A DNA stretch of 62,679 bases from Enterobacterales bacterium (GCA_041556195.1 JBFFIY010000005.1:1-62679); one strand, 5' to 3'; positions 1 to 10,186 are shown, numbered from the stretch's first letter. The notes: generated by a model from the letters alone, not told the origin. A program made the numbers and translations.

Positions 1-141
1 GCAAGTTGTTAAATGTGCTCGTAGCTGTTCAGGTTGCCTCTAAAATGAGCCAGATCGAGGCAAAAAATGTGAGTATACTCGATTATTTGACCATTTTTGA
101 ACGATGAGATGGCTCATTTTAGAGGTAAGCTGAATAGTTAC
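1..141. repeat. Family-A structured intergenic repeat, copy 1 (may extend left of the window)
   Basis: About 85% identical to 28026-28166. A 16-bp perfect stem (37-52 cctctaaaatgagcca pairs with 110-125 tggctcattttagagg) flanks a conserved core, caaaaaatgtgaNtatactcgattatttgaccatttttgaacg. The GCTGAATAGTTAC end lies 22 nt from the stop of the minus-strand gene 163-951. Confidence 0.8.
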
Positions 142-162
142 AAAGAAATTAACTTACACGGC

Positions 163-951
163 TCACCTTGCACGCTTTAAATTGCTTTTATTAAAATCAC
201 TATCTTTTAAATCCATGCCAAACTTAAAATTGCTAAGTAACAACGTTGTTGATTTACCACGCTGATGATTTACCATGTCCATGGTTAATGCTCGCCAATA
301 TTTGCCCAGGTATTGTTCATGATTAGAAAACACAAGAGTTTTTAACAGGGATTTTTTTCGGTCATAGAATTCCGTTTTTCTGAAAATATAATCTTTTTTA
401 TCAACCCAGACGATCTGTTTCGTATATCCACTATGTTTATACAGAGGAACGAGTTCTACCACAAAAGTATCAAAATTTTCAACTTTTTCGTCTCTAAGGT
501 ATTTAAATGAATATTTCTCAACTTCGAAAGAAGAAATATCTTCATAAGAAAATTCGCTTCCCATAAAAGGACCCGACTTATTACTGGAAGAAATTCTTTT
601 TACACGTTTTAATGCAGGGAGAAATATCCATTGCTCATCAGCTTTCAAAGCATGGGAGTAAGTTAAAAAGGCCGTTCCTTTTACATCCTTTGGTTCATCG
701 AATATGGTTAAACCTTTATCACCATCATTTTCGACTTCAAGACTTTTAATGCGAATTTTTCGAATGGTTTCTTCACCACGTTTATTACGCAGCACCATTT
801 TCATTTGAGATTGACTTGTTTTCCAACCTGTATTCCTTTTATCTACTTCTATAATAATTGCTTCGCCTTTTCCTTCTGCCGTTTCTGCATATACTGAAGA
901 TATAGGCACAATAGATAAAGTGGCAAGTATTATCAAAAATAATTTATTCAT
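163..951 (-). CDS. LolA-like outer-membrane lipoprotein-sorting family protein (periplasmic partner of the adjacent RND/MMPL exporter)
   Basis: 262 aa with an N-terminal signal peptide (MNKLFLIILATLSIVPISSVYA). The sequence is typical of the LolA-like family usually encoded next to COG1033 exporters. Its start overlaps the upstream gene stop by 4 nt. Confidence 0.8.
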   Translation of the reverse strand: MNKLFLIILATLSIVPISSVYAETAEGKGEAIIIEVDKRNTGWKTSQSQMKMVLRNKRGEETIRKIRIKSLEVENDGDKGLTIFDEPKDVKGTAFLTYSHALKADEQWIFLPALKRVKRISSSNKSGPFMGSEFSYEDISSFEVEKYSFKYLRDEKVENFDTFVVELVPLYKHSGYTKQIVWVDKKDYIFRKTEFYDRKKSLLKTLVFSNHEQYLGKYWRALTMDMVNHQRGKSTTLLLSNFKFGMDLKDSDFNKSNLKRAR

Positions 952-3233
952 CGTTTATCACCTGCAAATCTGATTAATAATGGCGGTAAAAATAGAAAAT
1001 CTACTGCAAGAGCAATGGCTATAGTGACAGCAGTCAAGATCCCCATATCACTATTTATAGCAAAATCGGACTGATACAAAACCGTAAACCCGGCTACCAA
1101 AATAAGTGTTGTTACCCACAGAGCAACACCTACGTGACTGAAAGAATAACGTACAGCCTGGTAGCTATTAAAACCTTTTTCTCTGATAGCTCGTAAATAC
1201 TTACTAAGGAAATGTACTGTATCGTCAACCACAATACCCAATGTCATACTGGTTACAACTGCTAATGACATACCCACGTTGCCAACAAACAGTCCCCAAA
1301 GTCCAAAAGCCATCATCGCAGGAAACATATTCGTAAGCAATGATATGAATCCTAATTTTACCGATCGCAATGCAACAGCCAAAATGAGGGAAATCAATAC
1401 GAGTGCTACAAATGTGCCAAGTAACATTGAACGAACATTTCTTTTACCAATATTGGAAAACATCAAACTTGGACTTGCCGCTTTAAAGGTAAGATGCTGT
1501 GCATTCTCTGTAAGCCATTTTGACATATCTTTTTCCATTTGTAGTACTTCATTACTACTCATATTTGAAAAAGTGACTGTCAATTTTGTAGATACCTTGT
1601 CCAAAGTAATTTGATTATTCAAATCTAATCCATAAGGCAGACTCATTTCATAAAGCAGTAAGTATTGAGCTGCCAGTTCCTGATTCTCAGGCAATTTATA
1701 CCAATCAGGGTCATCTGCGTGCATATTTTTATTGAGTCGCTTAAAAATATCGATAACCGAGTTAACATGGCTAATTTTTTCGTGTTTTCTTAACCAGTCG
1801 GAGAAGGTTTCAACATCCTTTAAAAAGAGAGGGTTGGCAATGCCACCCTCTTCTTTAGATGCCAGCGAATAAGATACATTGGTAATACCCGACAGATTAT
1901 CATTAACAAAGTCTGTGTCAGCCCTAAATGTGACGTTTGTAGAAAAATACTTCACGTACTGATCATTTAATTCATTTTTCGGGATCATCGCGGTACTTAC
2001 TGCAATAACCACTAAAACACTCCAAAAAAGTTTTGTTTTATGTTTGATAACCCATTCTGACAAATGATCCATGAAAACAGTACCTTCATCAGCCTGACGC
2101 ATTTTTACCCGAATAGGTAAACAAACAACAAAGGCCGGTAAAAAAGTAACTGAAGTGAACCAGGCGAACGCCACACCAAAACTCACGATATTTCCTAAAT
2201 CGTGAAAAGGTGGTACATCACTGAAGTTCATAGTCAAAAAACCGACAATAGTGGTCGCGGAGGTTAAGAAAACAGGTTGAAAGTTAACCCTTAGGCTCTC
2301 TTTCATTGCAGCGACCTTATCCAATCCCTGACGCAGATAATGGATGTAGCTAATCATAAGGTGAATGGTATCGGCAACTGCCATCGTCAAAATAATAGTA
2401 GGGGCTAAAGCTGAGGGTCCCGTTAAATACCACCCAAGCCAACCCGCTATTCCCATACCCGCCACAATAGACATAACAATGACAAAAAAACTGCCGAGGA
2501 TAGGCCCGGTAGTTCTCAGCAGGAGAAGCATGCTTATCAATACCACTGCAAACATGATTGGTACCAGTGTTTCAAAATCATGTTTCGAAGATTCACCGAA
2601 AGAATTATTCATCATTAACATGCCTGTAAGATAAATCTTCAGATCTGGATATTTTTCGATATATTTAATACGTAATCTTCTGACCTGTTCGGTGATCTCT
2701 GGAACTTCAGTTAAAGATTCCCCAGGCATATCAAAAGTTACATTAACAGCGGTTACCCTGCCATCCGGAGAAATCATCCTATGCACTAACAGCGGTTCAT
2801 TTATTGCAGTTTGACGAATACGCTGTAGTTCATCCAAGGGTAAATCAGCAGCCGATTCATATAAATTGGCTACCAACAAGTCATCATCTTCGGCAATGGT
2901 ATGTTGATAATTGCTCAGAGAATCAACTCGAATACTATAGGGTAGTAACCAACTTTCTTCGGTCATCTCTTCCACTGCAGCAAGTGTGTCTGGTGTAAAA
3001 ACATCACCATCATCAGGAGCAATGACTATAAATACATTGTCTTCTTTATTATAGGTATCTTGCATCCATTCGAAATTTTCCAACTGTGGATTGCTCTCAC
3101 TGAAAAAGACGCGGTAATCCGTTTTAAAGGTTAGAAACTGAGCACCATAACCTAAAGCAGCAATCAATATTGGCATTAACAATATAATTAGCCAACGAAA
3201 CCGTATAACTATATCCGCCCAAGATTTTATCAT
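948..3233 (-). CDS. MMPL/RND-superfamily exporter (COG1033-type, two 6-TM sterol-sensing-like bundles)
   Basis: 761 aa with duplicated TM bundles and large periplasmic loops. Motifs such as GIVVDDTVHFL and AVADTIHLM are typical of this family. Confidence 0.85.
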   Translation of the reverse strand: MIKSWADIVIRFRWLIILLMPILIAALGYGAQFLTFKTDYRVFFSESNPQLENFEWMQDTYNKEDNVFIVIAPDDGDVFTPDTLAAVEEMTEESWLLPYSIRVDSLSNYQHTIAEDDDLLVANLYESAADLPLDELQRIRQTAINEPLLVHRMISPDGRVTAVNVTFDMPGESLTEVPEITEQVRRLRIKYIEKYPDLKIYLTGMLMMNNSFGESSKHDFETLVPIMFAVVLISMLLLLRTTGPILGSFFVIVMSIVAGMGIAGWLGWYLTGPSALAPTIILTMAVADTIHLMISYIHYLRQGLDKVAAMKESLRVNFQPVFLTSATTIVGFLTMNFSDVPPFHDLGNIVSFGVAFAWFTSVTFLPAFVVCLPIRVKMRQADEGTVFMDHLSEWVIKHKTKLFWSVLVVIAVSTAMIPKNELNDQYVKYFSTNVTFRADTDFVNDNLSGITNVSYSLASKEEGGIANPLFLKDVETFSDWLRKHEKISHVNSVIDIFKRLNKNMHADDPDWYKLPENQELAAQYLLLYEMSLPYGLDLNNQITLDKVSTKLTVTFSNMSSNEVLQMEKDMSKWLTENAQHLTFKAASPSLMFSNIGKRNVRSMLLGTFVALVLISLILAVALRSVKLGFISLLTNMFPAMMAFGLWGLFVGNVGMSLAVVTSMTLGIVVDDTVHFLSKYLRAIREKGFNSYQAVRYSFSHVGVALWVTTLILVAGFTVLYQSDFAINSDMGILTAVTIAIALAVDFLFLPPLLIRFAGDKR

Positions 3234-3372
3234 TTACATTCCCTACGCAAAATTTTTGATAAGAATTGCGTCATTTGACCCATCAGGCCGATAGTGTAAT
3301 ACTATCCCATTACAAACAACAAGTTTTATTTTTGAACAACATTGTTCCACTGGAGAAACAATCATATTTGAT

Positions 3373-4305
3373 TTGAACCTAGCAGCTATATACTCAAAAG
3401 TAGTTGAAACTCATAGTATAACCAAGGCAGCTTTAGCACTTGGTATTCCAAAAGCCACTGTCAGCCGGAAACTAGCTGCTTTAGAGGATGAATTAGGAGT
3501 TCGACTGATCCAGAGAACTACAAGACGCTTGAATCTAACAGATACTGGTAGACAATATTACCGCCGTTGCCAAGACGCACTAGCTGCTATTCATGAGGCA
3601 AACCTGGAGGCAAGTCAAACCCAGGAAGCACCATCTGGAGTATTAAAACTTAGTGCACCGGTTGTTTTTGGTGATCAGTTTCTTTCTGATCCCATCGTTA
3701 AATTTATGCAACTTTACCCCAAAATTGATCTCAAGGTAGATCTTACAGATAGATTAATCGATCTGGTAGAAGAAGACATCGATTTAACTTTTAGAGTAGG
3801 AAAACTTGCAGACTCCAGCTACATAACCAGAAAACTTGGTACCACATCTCAAGTAGTTGTCGCCAGTGAAAGTTATCTTGAACAGTATGGAGTACCTGAA
3901 AAACCTAACAACCTGACAAATCATCAAATTATTGGCTACAGTGAAAATCTTGGTAAAAAGAATCTGGAATTTAAAGGCCCAGGTGGTTCTGTCAATTTTC
4001 ATACCTCGCCAACATTAATCGTTAATAATATTAATATTATGAAAGATGCCTGTAGCCAGGGACTAGGCATCACTATTCTACCAGTATTTCTAGCATTAGA
4101 CTTTCTAAGAGAAGGAAAGTTAAAAATTATCCTGCCAGAATGGCAATTTCAATTTGGAGATCTCTATTTACTCTACCCGTCTAAAAAACACCTGGCCGCA
4201 AAGGTAAGAGTCTTTATCGACTTTATTGTTGAAGCCTATTCATCTGAGCAGCCCTGGTTGCCCTCTACTGAAGAATTGCAGCAGTATGTATACCAACAAA
4301 AATAA
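3373..4305 (+). CDS. LysR-family transcriptional regulator
   Basis: 310 aa with an N-terminal wHTH (ITKAALALGIPKATVSRKLAALEDELGVRLIQRTTRRLNLTDTG) and a C-terminal LysR substrate-binding domain. TTG start. Divergent from the RND gene. Confidence 0.9.
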   Translation: MNLAAIYSKVVETHSITKAALALGIPKATVSRKLAALEDELGVRLIQRTTRRLNLTDTGRQYYRRCQDALAAIHEANLEASQTQEAPSGVLKLSAPVVFGDQFLSDPIVKFMQLYPKIDLKVDLTDRLIDLVEEDIDLTFRVGKLADSSYITRKLGTTSQVVVASESYLEQYGVPEKPNNLTNHQIIGYSENLGKKNLEFKGPGGSVNFHTSPTLIVNNINIMKDACSQGLGITILPVFLALDFLREGKLKIILPEWQFQFGDLYLLYPSKKHLAAKVRVFIDFIVEAYSSEQPWLPSTEELQQYVYQQK

Positions 4306-4494
4306 TTCCGAAAATAAGACGGGTTAATAACTTTCTTATGGAGTCTATATGCCCGTGATACCTGGAAATCCCACAATTCCAAATATCACGGTTATATAAA
4401 AAGCTAGAAATAACAGTATTAACTTTAGCCATTGCTAAGATTCAATGCTATATTGCCAAAATCACTTTTTTCGGCTAACAACTGTGTTCCTAAA

Positions 4495-5553
4495 ATGGAA
4501 AATTCCAAAAATGATAAAAGCGATCTACTAGAAAAGCTCAAAATTGATCGACAAAACCTACCTGAACCTACACAGGTTTCGTTAAAAAAAAGCATTATTA
4601 TTGCAATAATTTCTTTTGGTTTAGGGAGTGTTTTTACTTTCTATTTCCTAATACCAACTCCTGCCGCATCCGATATGCCTATTCCTCAAATAGAAGCAAT
4701 TCAACCTGAGTTAAACGCTCCATTAGAAACAACCTCTAAAGAAACCCAGATTGATAGCAAACTTAGAGAAACTCCAGCTACAACCACCATACTGAATGCT
4801 TCGGGCTATATCACAGCTCGTCGAATGGCCACTGTATCCTCAGAAGTTATGGGACTCATTAAAGAAGTGAGAGTTGAAGAAGGTAAGGCGGTTGAAGAAG
4901 GACAAATACTGGCTAAACTGGATGATACTCTGGCACAGGTTAATTTAAATCTATCCATAGCCCAGTTGGAGACTCTTCAGGCAAAGAAAAAAAGTGCTGA
5001 GTCCTCTTTAGCAGAATCACAGCGTCAGTTTAAGCGAATAATGAACAATGCATATTCCAGTGAAGCTGAAAAAACCCAGTCAAAAACAAACATAGAAACC
5101 TTACAAGCCAACCTTGTCGCTGCCACAGCAAATATTAAAGTCGCCAAATTGGAAATTCTACGACAACGGGAATTACTAGCAGATCATACTATTCGTGCAC
5201 CCTTTTCAGGTGTGGTAACCATGAAAAATGCCCAGCCTGGTGAAATAGTCGCTCCCAGTTCCGCTGGTGGTGGTTTTACTCGAACAGGCATTTGTACTAT
5301 CGTTGATATGAGGTCGCTTGAAATAGAAGTCGATGTTAACGAATCTTTTATAGGCAGGGTTTATTCCGGTCAAAAAGTTGAAGCTAATCTGGATGCTTAT
5401 TCTGATTGGACTATTCCCGCAACGGTAATAGCCATAATACCAACTGCTGACAGAGCTAAAGCAACGGTACGTGTAAGAATTCAAATTAATATCAAAGATA
5501 AGAAAATTTTGCCAGAAATGGGTGTGAAAGTTGCCTTTCTTAAATCCCTCTAA
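4495..5553 (+). CDS. HlyD/MacA-family periplasmic adaptor subunit
   Basis: N-terminal TM anchor, coiled-coil region and beta-barrel motifs (IRAPFSGVV, ATVRVRI). The ORF track opens at a TTG at 4432. I prefer the ATG at 4495 (MENSKND...), so the start is uncertain. Confidence 0.85.
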   Translation: MENSKNDKSDLLEKLKIDRQNLPEPTQVSLKKSIIIAIISFGLGSVFTFYFLIPTPAASDMPIPQIEAIQPELNAPLETTSKETQIDSKLRETPATTTILNASGYITARRMATVSSEVMGLIKEVRVEEGKAVEEGQILAKLDDTLAQVNLNLSIAQLETLQAKKKSAESSLAESQRQFKRIMNNAYSSEAEKTQSKTNIETLQANLVAATANIKVAKLEILRQRELLADHTIRAPFSGVVTMKNAQPGEIVAPSSAGGGFTRTGICTIVDMRSLEIEVDVNESFIGRVYSGQKVEANLDAYSDWTIPATVIAIIPTADRAKATVRVRIQINIKDKKILPEMGVKVAFLKSL

Positions 5554-5562
5554 GGAATCATT

Positions 5563-6258
5563 ATGACTCAAGATAAATTATTTGAACTCAACAATGTTTG
5601 TAAACAATTTGTTAAAGGCAAAGAAGCCATATCCATCTTTGAGAATTTAAATATCACCATAAAAAAAGGTGATTTCCTCGCAATCATGGGACCATCTGGT
5701 TCAGGCAAAACCACATTATTAAATTTACTAGGAGGTGTCGATCAACCTACATCAGGTGAAATCAAATTTGATGATGATCGCATTGACCAATTAAGTGAAG
5801 GCCAGTTGGCCAAATGGCGTTCAAACAATGTGGGATTTATCTTCCAGTTTTATAACCTGATGCCTATGCTCAATGCTGCACGCAATGTGGAATTGCCTCT
5901 CCTTTTAACCCAGTTAAACCGCTCACAACGCCAACAAAGTATTAATACGGCATTGGAGCTTGTGGGTTTGGCAGATAGAGCCAAGCACATGCCTGGAGAG
6001 TTATCTGGGGGACAACAACAACGAGTTGCTATCGCGCGTGCTTTTGTGTCTGATCCTAAACTTTTACTTTGTGATGAACCAACAGGAGATTTGGATCGAC
6101 AAACAGCTGATGAAATTCTGGAAATGCTACAATTATTAAATCGTAAATTTGGAAAGACGGTCATTATGGTCACGCATGATCCAGCGGCGGCAAAATTTGC
6201 CAATAAGACGTTACATCTGGATAAGGGTCAGTTCGTGGAAAAGGAACTGATGGCATGA
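5563..6258 (+). CDS. ABC transporter ATP-binding protein (MacB/LolD-type)
   Basis: Walker A GPSGSGKTT, signature LSGGQQQRVAIARA, Walker B LLLCDEPTGDLD and an H-loop VTHD. Confidence 0.95.
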   Translation: MTQDKLFELNNVCKQFVKGKEAISIFENLNITIKKGDFLAIMGPSGSGKTTLLNLLGGVDQPTSGEIKFDDDRIDQLSEGQLAKWRSNNVGFIFQFYNLMPMLNAARNVELPLLLTQLNRSQRQQSINTALELVGLADRAKHMPGELSGGQQQRVAIARAFVSDPKLLLCDEPTGDLDRQTADEILEMLQLLNRKFGKTVIMVTHDPAAAKFANKTLHLDKGQFVEKELMA

Positions 6259-7412
6259 ACGATTTATTTTTGATTTATAAAAACTTAACCAGAAAAAAGT
6301 TAAGATTATTTCTCACAAGTTTTGCTATTTTTATCGCTTTTTTGATCTTTGGCGCAGTATCTGCTTTAAAAGGTTCTTTAGATTCTGGCATTGAAATGTC
6401 CGCAGATAATCGACTCGTCGTCGTTCACAAAATCAATTTTACGGTTTCCCTGCCTTACGCTTATGTCAATAAAGTAAAACAAATAGAAGGTGTAAAAGAT
6501 GTAACTCATGCCAACTGGTTTGGTGGCTATTATCAAGAACCTTCAAATCAAATCGTTGCTCTGGCCGTAGATCCCGCTAGCTACTTTGATGTTTACAGTG
6601 AATTGATCATAGCTCCCCAACAAAAAGCACAATGGCTTAAGAACCAGACTGGCATGTTGATAGGAGAACGTTTAGCCAAGGTTTATGGATGGAAAGTAGG
6701 CGATCGAATTCCTATTTCTTCCAATATCTTCTCTCATAATGATGGAGGCCATACCTGGGATTTTGTTGTAGATGGTATTTTTAGTGCCGAAGAAGTCCAA
6801 ACAGATACAGGCTATTTAGTTTTTCATTATAAATATTTTAAGGAAACACAAACTTTTGGAGGAGATAATGTAGGATGGCTGGTATTAACAACAAAATCGT
6901 CTTCAATCAATGAAAAAGTGGCCAAAGCCATTGACAAAGAATTTGCTAATTCACAAGCTGAAACAGAAACCAGCACTGAAAAAGCCTTTAATAAGGCATT
7001 TCTTGAACAATTAGGTAATATAGGTCTCATCATTTTTTCTGTCGTGTTTATGGCATTTTTTACCATTTTAGTGGTTGTAGGAAACACCATGGTACTGGCC
7101 GTTCGAGAACGTACCAATGAAATTGCAGTATTAAAAACTCTGGGGTTTACTTCAATGAGAATTTTTAAAATGATTTTAGCAGAGTCCTTATTACTAGCCT
7201 TTTTAGGAGGGTTAACCGGACTTGGGGTTTCTTATATTGTCATCAAGGGGGTATCGGAACAACTAGCACGCTTTTTGCCCAACATGGTATTAACAACGGA
7301 TATTGTGTTGCAAGCCCTATTCTACATGTTAGCACTTGGACTCATATCGGGTATTATTCCAGCGGTCAATGCGTTACGGCTAAACATTGTTTCAGCATTT
7401 AATCGGGGTTAA
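6255..7412 (+). CDS. ABC transporter permease (FtsX/MacB-type)
   Basis: 385 aa with an N-terminal TM, a periplasmic domain and a C-terminal FtsX 3-TM bundle. There is a 4-nt overlap with the ATPase gene. Confidence 0.9.
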   Translation: MNDLFLIYKNLTRKKLRLFLTSFAIFIAFLIFGAVSALKGSLDSGIEMSADNRLVVVHKINFTVSLPYAYVNKVKQIEGVKDVTHANWFGGYYQEPSNQIVALAVDPASYFDVYSELIIAPQQKAQWLKNQTGMLIGERLAKVYGWKVGDRIPISSNIFSHNDGGHTWDFVVDGIFSAEEVQTDTGYLVFHYKYFKETQTFGGDNVGWLVLTTKSSSINEKVAKAIDKEFANSQAETETSTEKAFNKAFLEQLGNIGLIIFSVVFMAFFTILVVVGNTMVLAVRERTNEIAVLKTLGFTSMRIFKMILAESLLLAFLGGLTGLGVSYIVIKGVSEQLARFLPNMVLTTDIVLQALFYMLALGLISGIIPAVNALRLNIVSAFNRG

Positions 7413-7417
7413 TCGTT

Positions 7418-8617
7418 ATGGAATTAAATATGGGTACTATTCTATCTCAAACAATAGCCGTGATCATAATGAACATTCGCAGCCTGCCTCGGCGAATTTG
7501 GATGTCAGCCGCTATGGTATTAGCAAGTGCTGTGGTCGTTGCTATTCTTTTGGCTTTTTTAGCAATGGCAAAGGGCTTTGAGACAACGTTAGAAAGCGCT
7601 GGTTCTGATGATTTGGCTATTTTTTTGCGAGATGGTTCATCCGCAGAATTAAACAGTGTGATAAGCAAGGAGCAAGTTTCATTAATCGAAACTGCACCAG
7701 GCATAGTCAAGGATTCTGAGGGTTCTTTATTATCAGCAGAGCTCTATGTCATAGTTGATGGCATAAAAAAATCCTCCCAAACAGAAGCCAATATTCCATT
7801 AAGAGGTATCGATCAAAGAGGTATCACCATGCGAAAAGGATTCCAGCTTACCAAAGGTCGAATGTTTGCTACTGGCACAAATGAAATAATTGTTGGAAAT
7901 GGCATAATTCGTGAGTTCGATGGGTTTGATCTGGGACAAGAGATCCATTTTGGAAAAAACACATGGACAATAGTTGGCATATTTTCAACAGGCGGTAATG
8001 TATTTGAAAGTGAACTATGGGCAGATGTAAAAGTTATACAGAACTTTTATCGACGAGGTAGTAGTGTGCAAACTATCCGAGCTAGAATTGAGTCCATTGA
8101 TAGCATAGAATCGATCAAAGCCTTTATAAAAAATGAAGCAAGGCTAAACCTTGAGGTTCAAACTGAGAGTGATTATTTTTCAACTCAGAGTAAAAGTCTA
8201 AATTATATGGCCATTTTTGGAAAAGTTATCAGCTCAATCATGGCACTGGGTGCATTAGCAGGAGCACTTAACACAATGTATACCTCTGTAGCAGATCGTT
8301 CCAAAGAAATCGCTACTTTACGAATTATTGGATTTAGTAATATTTCAGCTTTCTTTGGTACTTTATTCGAAGCACTAACACTTTCAGCATTTGGTGGTTT
8401 ATTAGGTGCTTTTATCGCATTTTTAATCTTCGATGGAATGAATGCTTCTACTTTAGGCGGTAATTTCACTCAAGTCGTTTTTAGTTTTAAATTTTCCAAT
8501 GATCTTTTAGTTCAAGGTATTCTTATGGCATTACTTATAGGTCTGATTAGTGGTGTTTTTCCTGCATGGCGTGCAGCAAGAATGCCTGTCCTTCTTGCAT
8601 TTAGCAATCAACATTAA
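7418..8617 (+). CDS. ABC transporter permease (FtsX/MacB-type), second permease
   Basis: 399 aa with the same architecture as 6255-7412 (ATLRIIGFS..., C-terminal PAWRAARM). An alternative ATG lies at 7430. Confidence 0.9.
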   Translation: MELNMGTILSQTIAVIIMNIRSLPRRIWMSAAMVLASAVVVAILLAFLAMAKGFETTLESAGSDDLAIFLRDGSSAELNSVISKEQVSLIETAPGIVKDSEGSLLSAELYVIVDGIKKSSQTEANIPLRGIDQRGITMRKGFQLTKGRMFATGTNEIIVGNGIIREFDGFDLGQEIHFGKNTWTIVGIFSTGGNVFESELWADVKVIQNFYRRGSSVQTIRARIESIDSIESIKAFIKNEARLNLEVQTESDYFSTQSKSLNYMAIFGKVISSIMALGALAGALNTMYTSVADRSKEIATLRIIGFSNISAFFGTLFEALTLSAFGGLLGAFIAFLIFDGMNASTLGGNFTQVVFSFKFSNDLLVQGILMALLIGLISGVFPAWRAARMPVLLAFSNQH

Positions 8618-8730
8618 CCAGGATAAAAGTATCGTTAAATTTGTCTACAAAACTCTCAAACTAAGGCTATTATTAAAAAAAGAATTAAAATCATCGAATT
8701 TCCTAAATTCAACTATAAAGGAACCTAGTT

Positions 8731-9411
8731 ATGAAAAGACATGAGTTATTTTCCACAGACAAAATTTTATTAATGTTATGTAATTCTGTGACAGATGTTT
8801 TAAATACTGCCAGTGGTAGTGGTATTACTTATTCCCCAATGGTTCAAAAGATCAATAAAACCAGCCTTAGCCCAGATTTAGGTTGTTTTGTCCTGTTTGA
8901 TGGTGGCTTCTCAGGTCTGGTGATCACGAACTTTACTGCGGCAGCGGCTATTGAAATTTATCAAAATTATATGCTACAAATGGGCATGCCTGCTAATGAA
9001 CTATCTGTAAATCATACTTCCGATGATGTGGGTAATGTGATGGGAGAGCTCATGAACCAAATACTCGGAAATTTTGTAAACAAAATACGAACCCAATTAC
9101 AAACTTCCATTTCACAAAATCAACCTAAAATGCTTACTATTAATAAACAAGTCATGGTGTCTATTGGCACCACATTAGATCGGCCTCAGATGCGCAAGGT
9201 TTCTTTTTCGACTCGAAACAATCATATTTTCTATCTTGAACTGGCTATGGATAAAACAGAATTTCTTCAATTAGGTGATATTGAAGAAGAGGAAGAATTT
9301 GATCCTGATACAATTATTAGTAATATTGCAAAACAGTCTAAAATAAAAGGAAGCACTGAAAAACCAACTTCCGATCCAAACGATGATTTAATGAATGAAC
9401 TAGATATCTAA
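8731..9411 (+). CDS. Uncharacterised CheX/CheC-fold-like protein (DUF3334-like) with an acidic C-terminal tail
   Basis: 226 aa, soluble. The family assignment is from memory of gammaproteobacterial DUF3334 sequences. No che genes are nearby. Confidence 0.6.
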   Translation: MKRHELFSTDKILLMLCNSVTDVLNTASGSGITYSPMVQKINKTSLSPDLGCFVLFDGGFSGLVITNFTAAAAIEIYQNYMLQMGMPANELSVNHTSDDVGNVMGELMNQILGNFVNKIRTQLQTSISQNQPKMLTINKQVMVSIGTTLDRPQMRKVSFSTRNNHIFYLELAMDKTEFLQLGDIEEEEEFDPDTIISNIAKQSKIKGSTEKPTSDPNDDLMNELDI

Positions 9412-9472
9412 CAAATTGTTGCGTTCCAGTTAACCTATCCGAACTGAGGTTAAATAGAGTATAATTTTTCAA

Positions 9473-10054
9473 ATGAAAAATAAATTTTATTTCACTAAAA
9501 AACAATGGCAAGTTATCAATATTTTGATTTTCATTGGTTTATTTGTCTCTGCGGTTATATTAGTCGATCTCCGTTCTAATTTTAATTTGGTTTACCTTAG
9601 ACAGGTGATAGAACAAAACGGGGTTATTGGATTGTTGTTTTTTATAGCACTGTTTGTCATAGGAAATTTCATACAAATTCCTGGCATGGTTTTTCTTGCA
9701 GCAGCCGTTGTCACATTAGGAAAAACAGCTGGTGGCCTTGTAACATATGGTGCTGCTGTTACTTCTTGTGTAGTTGTTTTTTTAATTATCAGAGCTATTG
9801 GAGGTGATGCGCTTAGACAGCTTGAGACCAAATGGGCCAATAAAGTCTTTCATCAGCTTGATAACAGCCCTGTTAGAAGTACTTTTATCCTACGAACAGT
9901 ATTTCAAACCTTTACCGTACTAAGTTATGCTTTTGCTCTCTCAGGTATAAAGTTCAAACATCATCTTATTGGAACTATACTCGCTCTACCTCTTCCTATT
10001 TTTCTTTATACGTTATTTTTTGATTATCTGGCCAAAACGGCTGGTATTATCTAA
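9473..10054 (+). CDS. VTT-domain (TVP38/TMEM64/DedA-type) membrane protein
   Basis: 193 aa with 5-6 TM segments. It has the IQIPGMVFLAAAVVTLGKTAGGLVTYGAA...IRAIGGD pattern typical of the VTT domain. Confidence 0.65.
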   Translation: MKNKFYFTKKQWQVINILIFIGLFVSAVILVDLRSNFNLVYLRQVIEQNGVIGLLFFIALFVIGNFIQIPGMVFLAAAVVTLGKTAGGLVTYGAAVTSCVVVFLIIRAIGGDALRQLETKWANKVFHQLDNSPVRSTFILRTVFQTFTVLSYAFALSGIKFKHHLIGTILALPLPIFLYTLFFDYLAKTAGII

Positions 10055-10186
10055 CCTGGACTTTGAATGACTGCCTGTTAAAATTTTTCTATACAAAAAT
10101 ATGATGAAGCTCTTTTGTAACTTAAAGCCAATACAACAAATTTCATTTAGAACACTATCAACAAACAGTCATAACCAGGAAAAATT

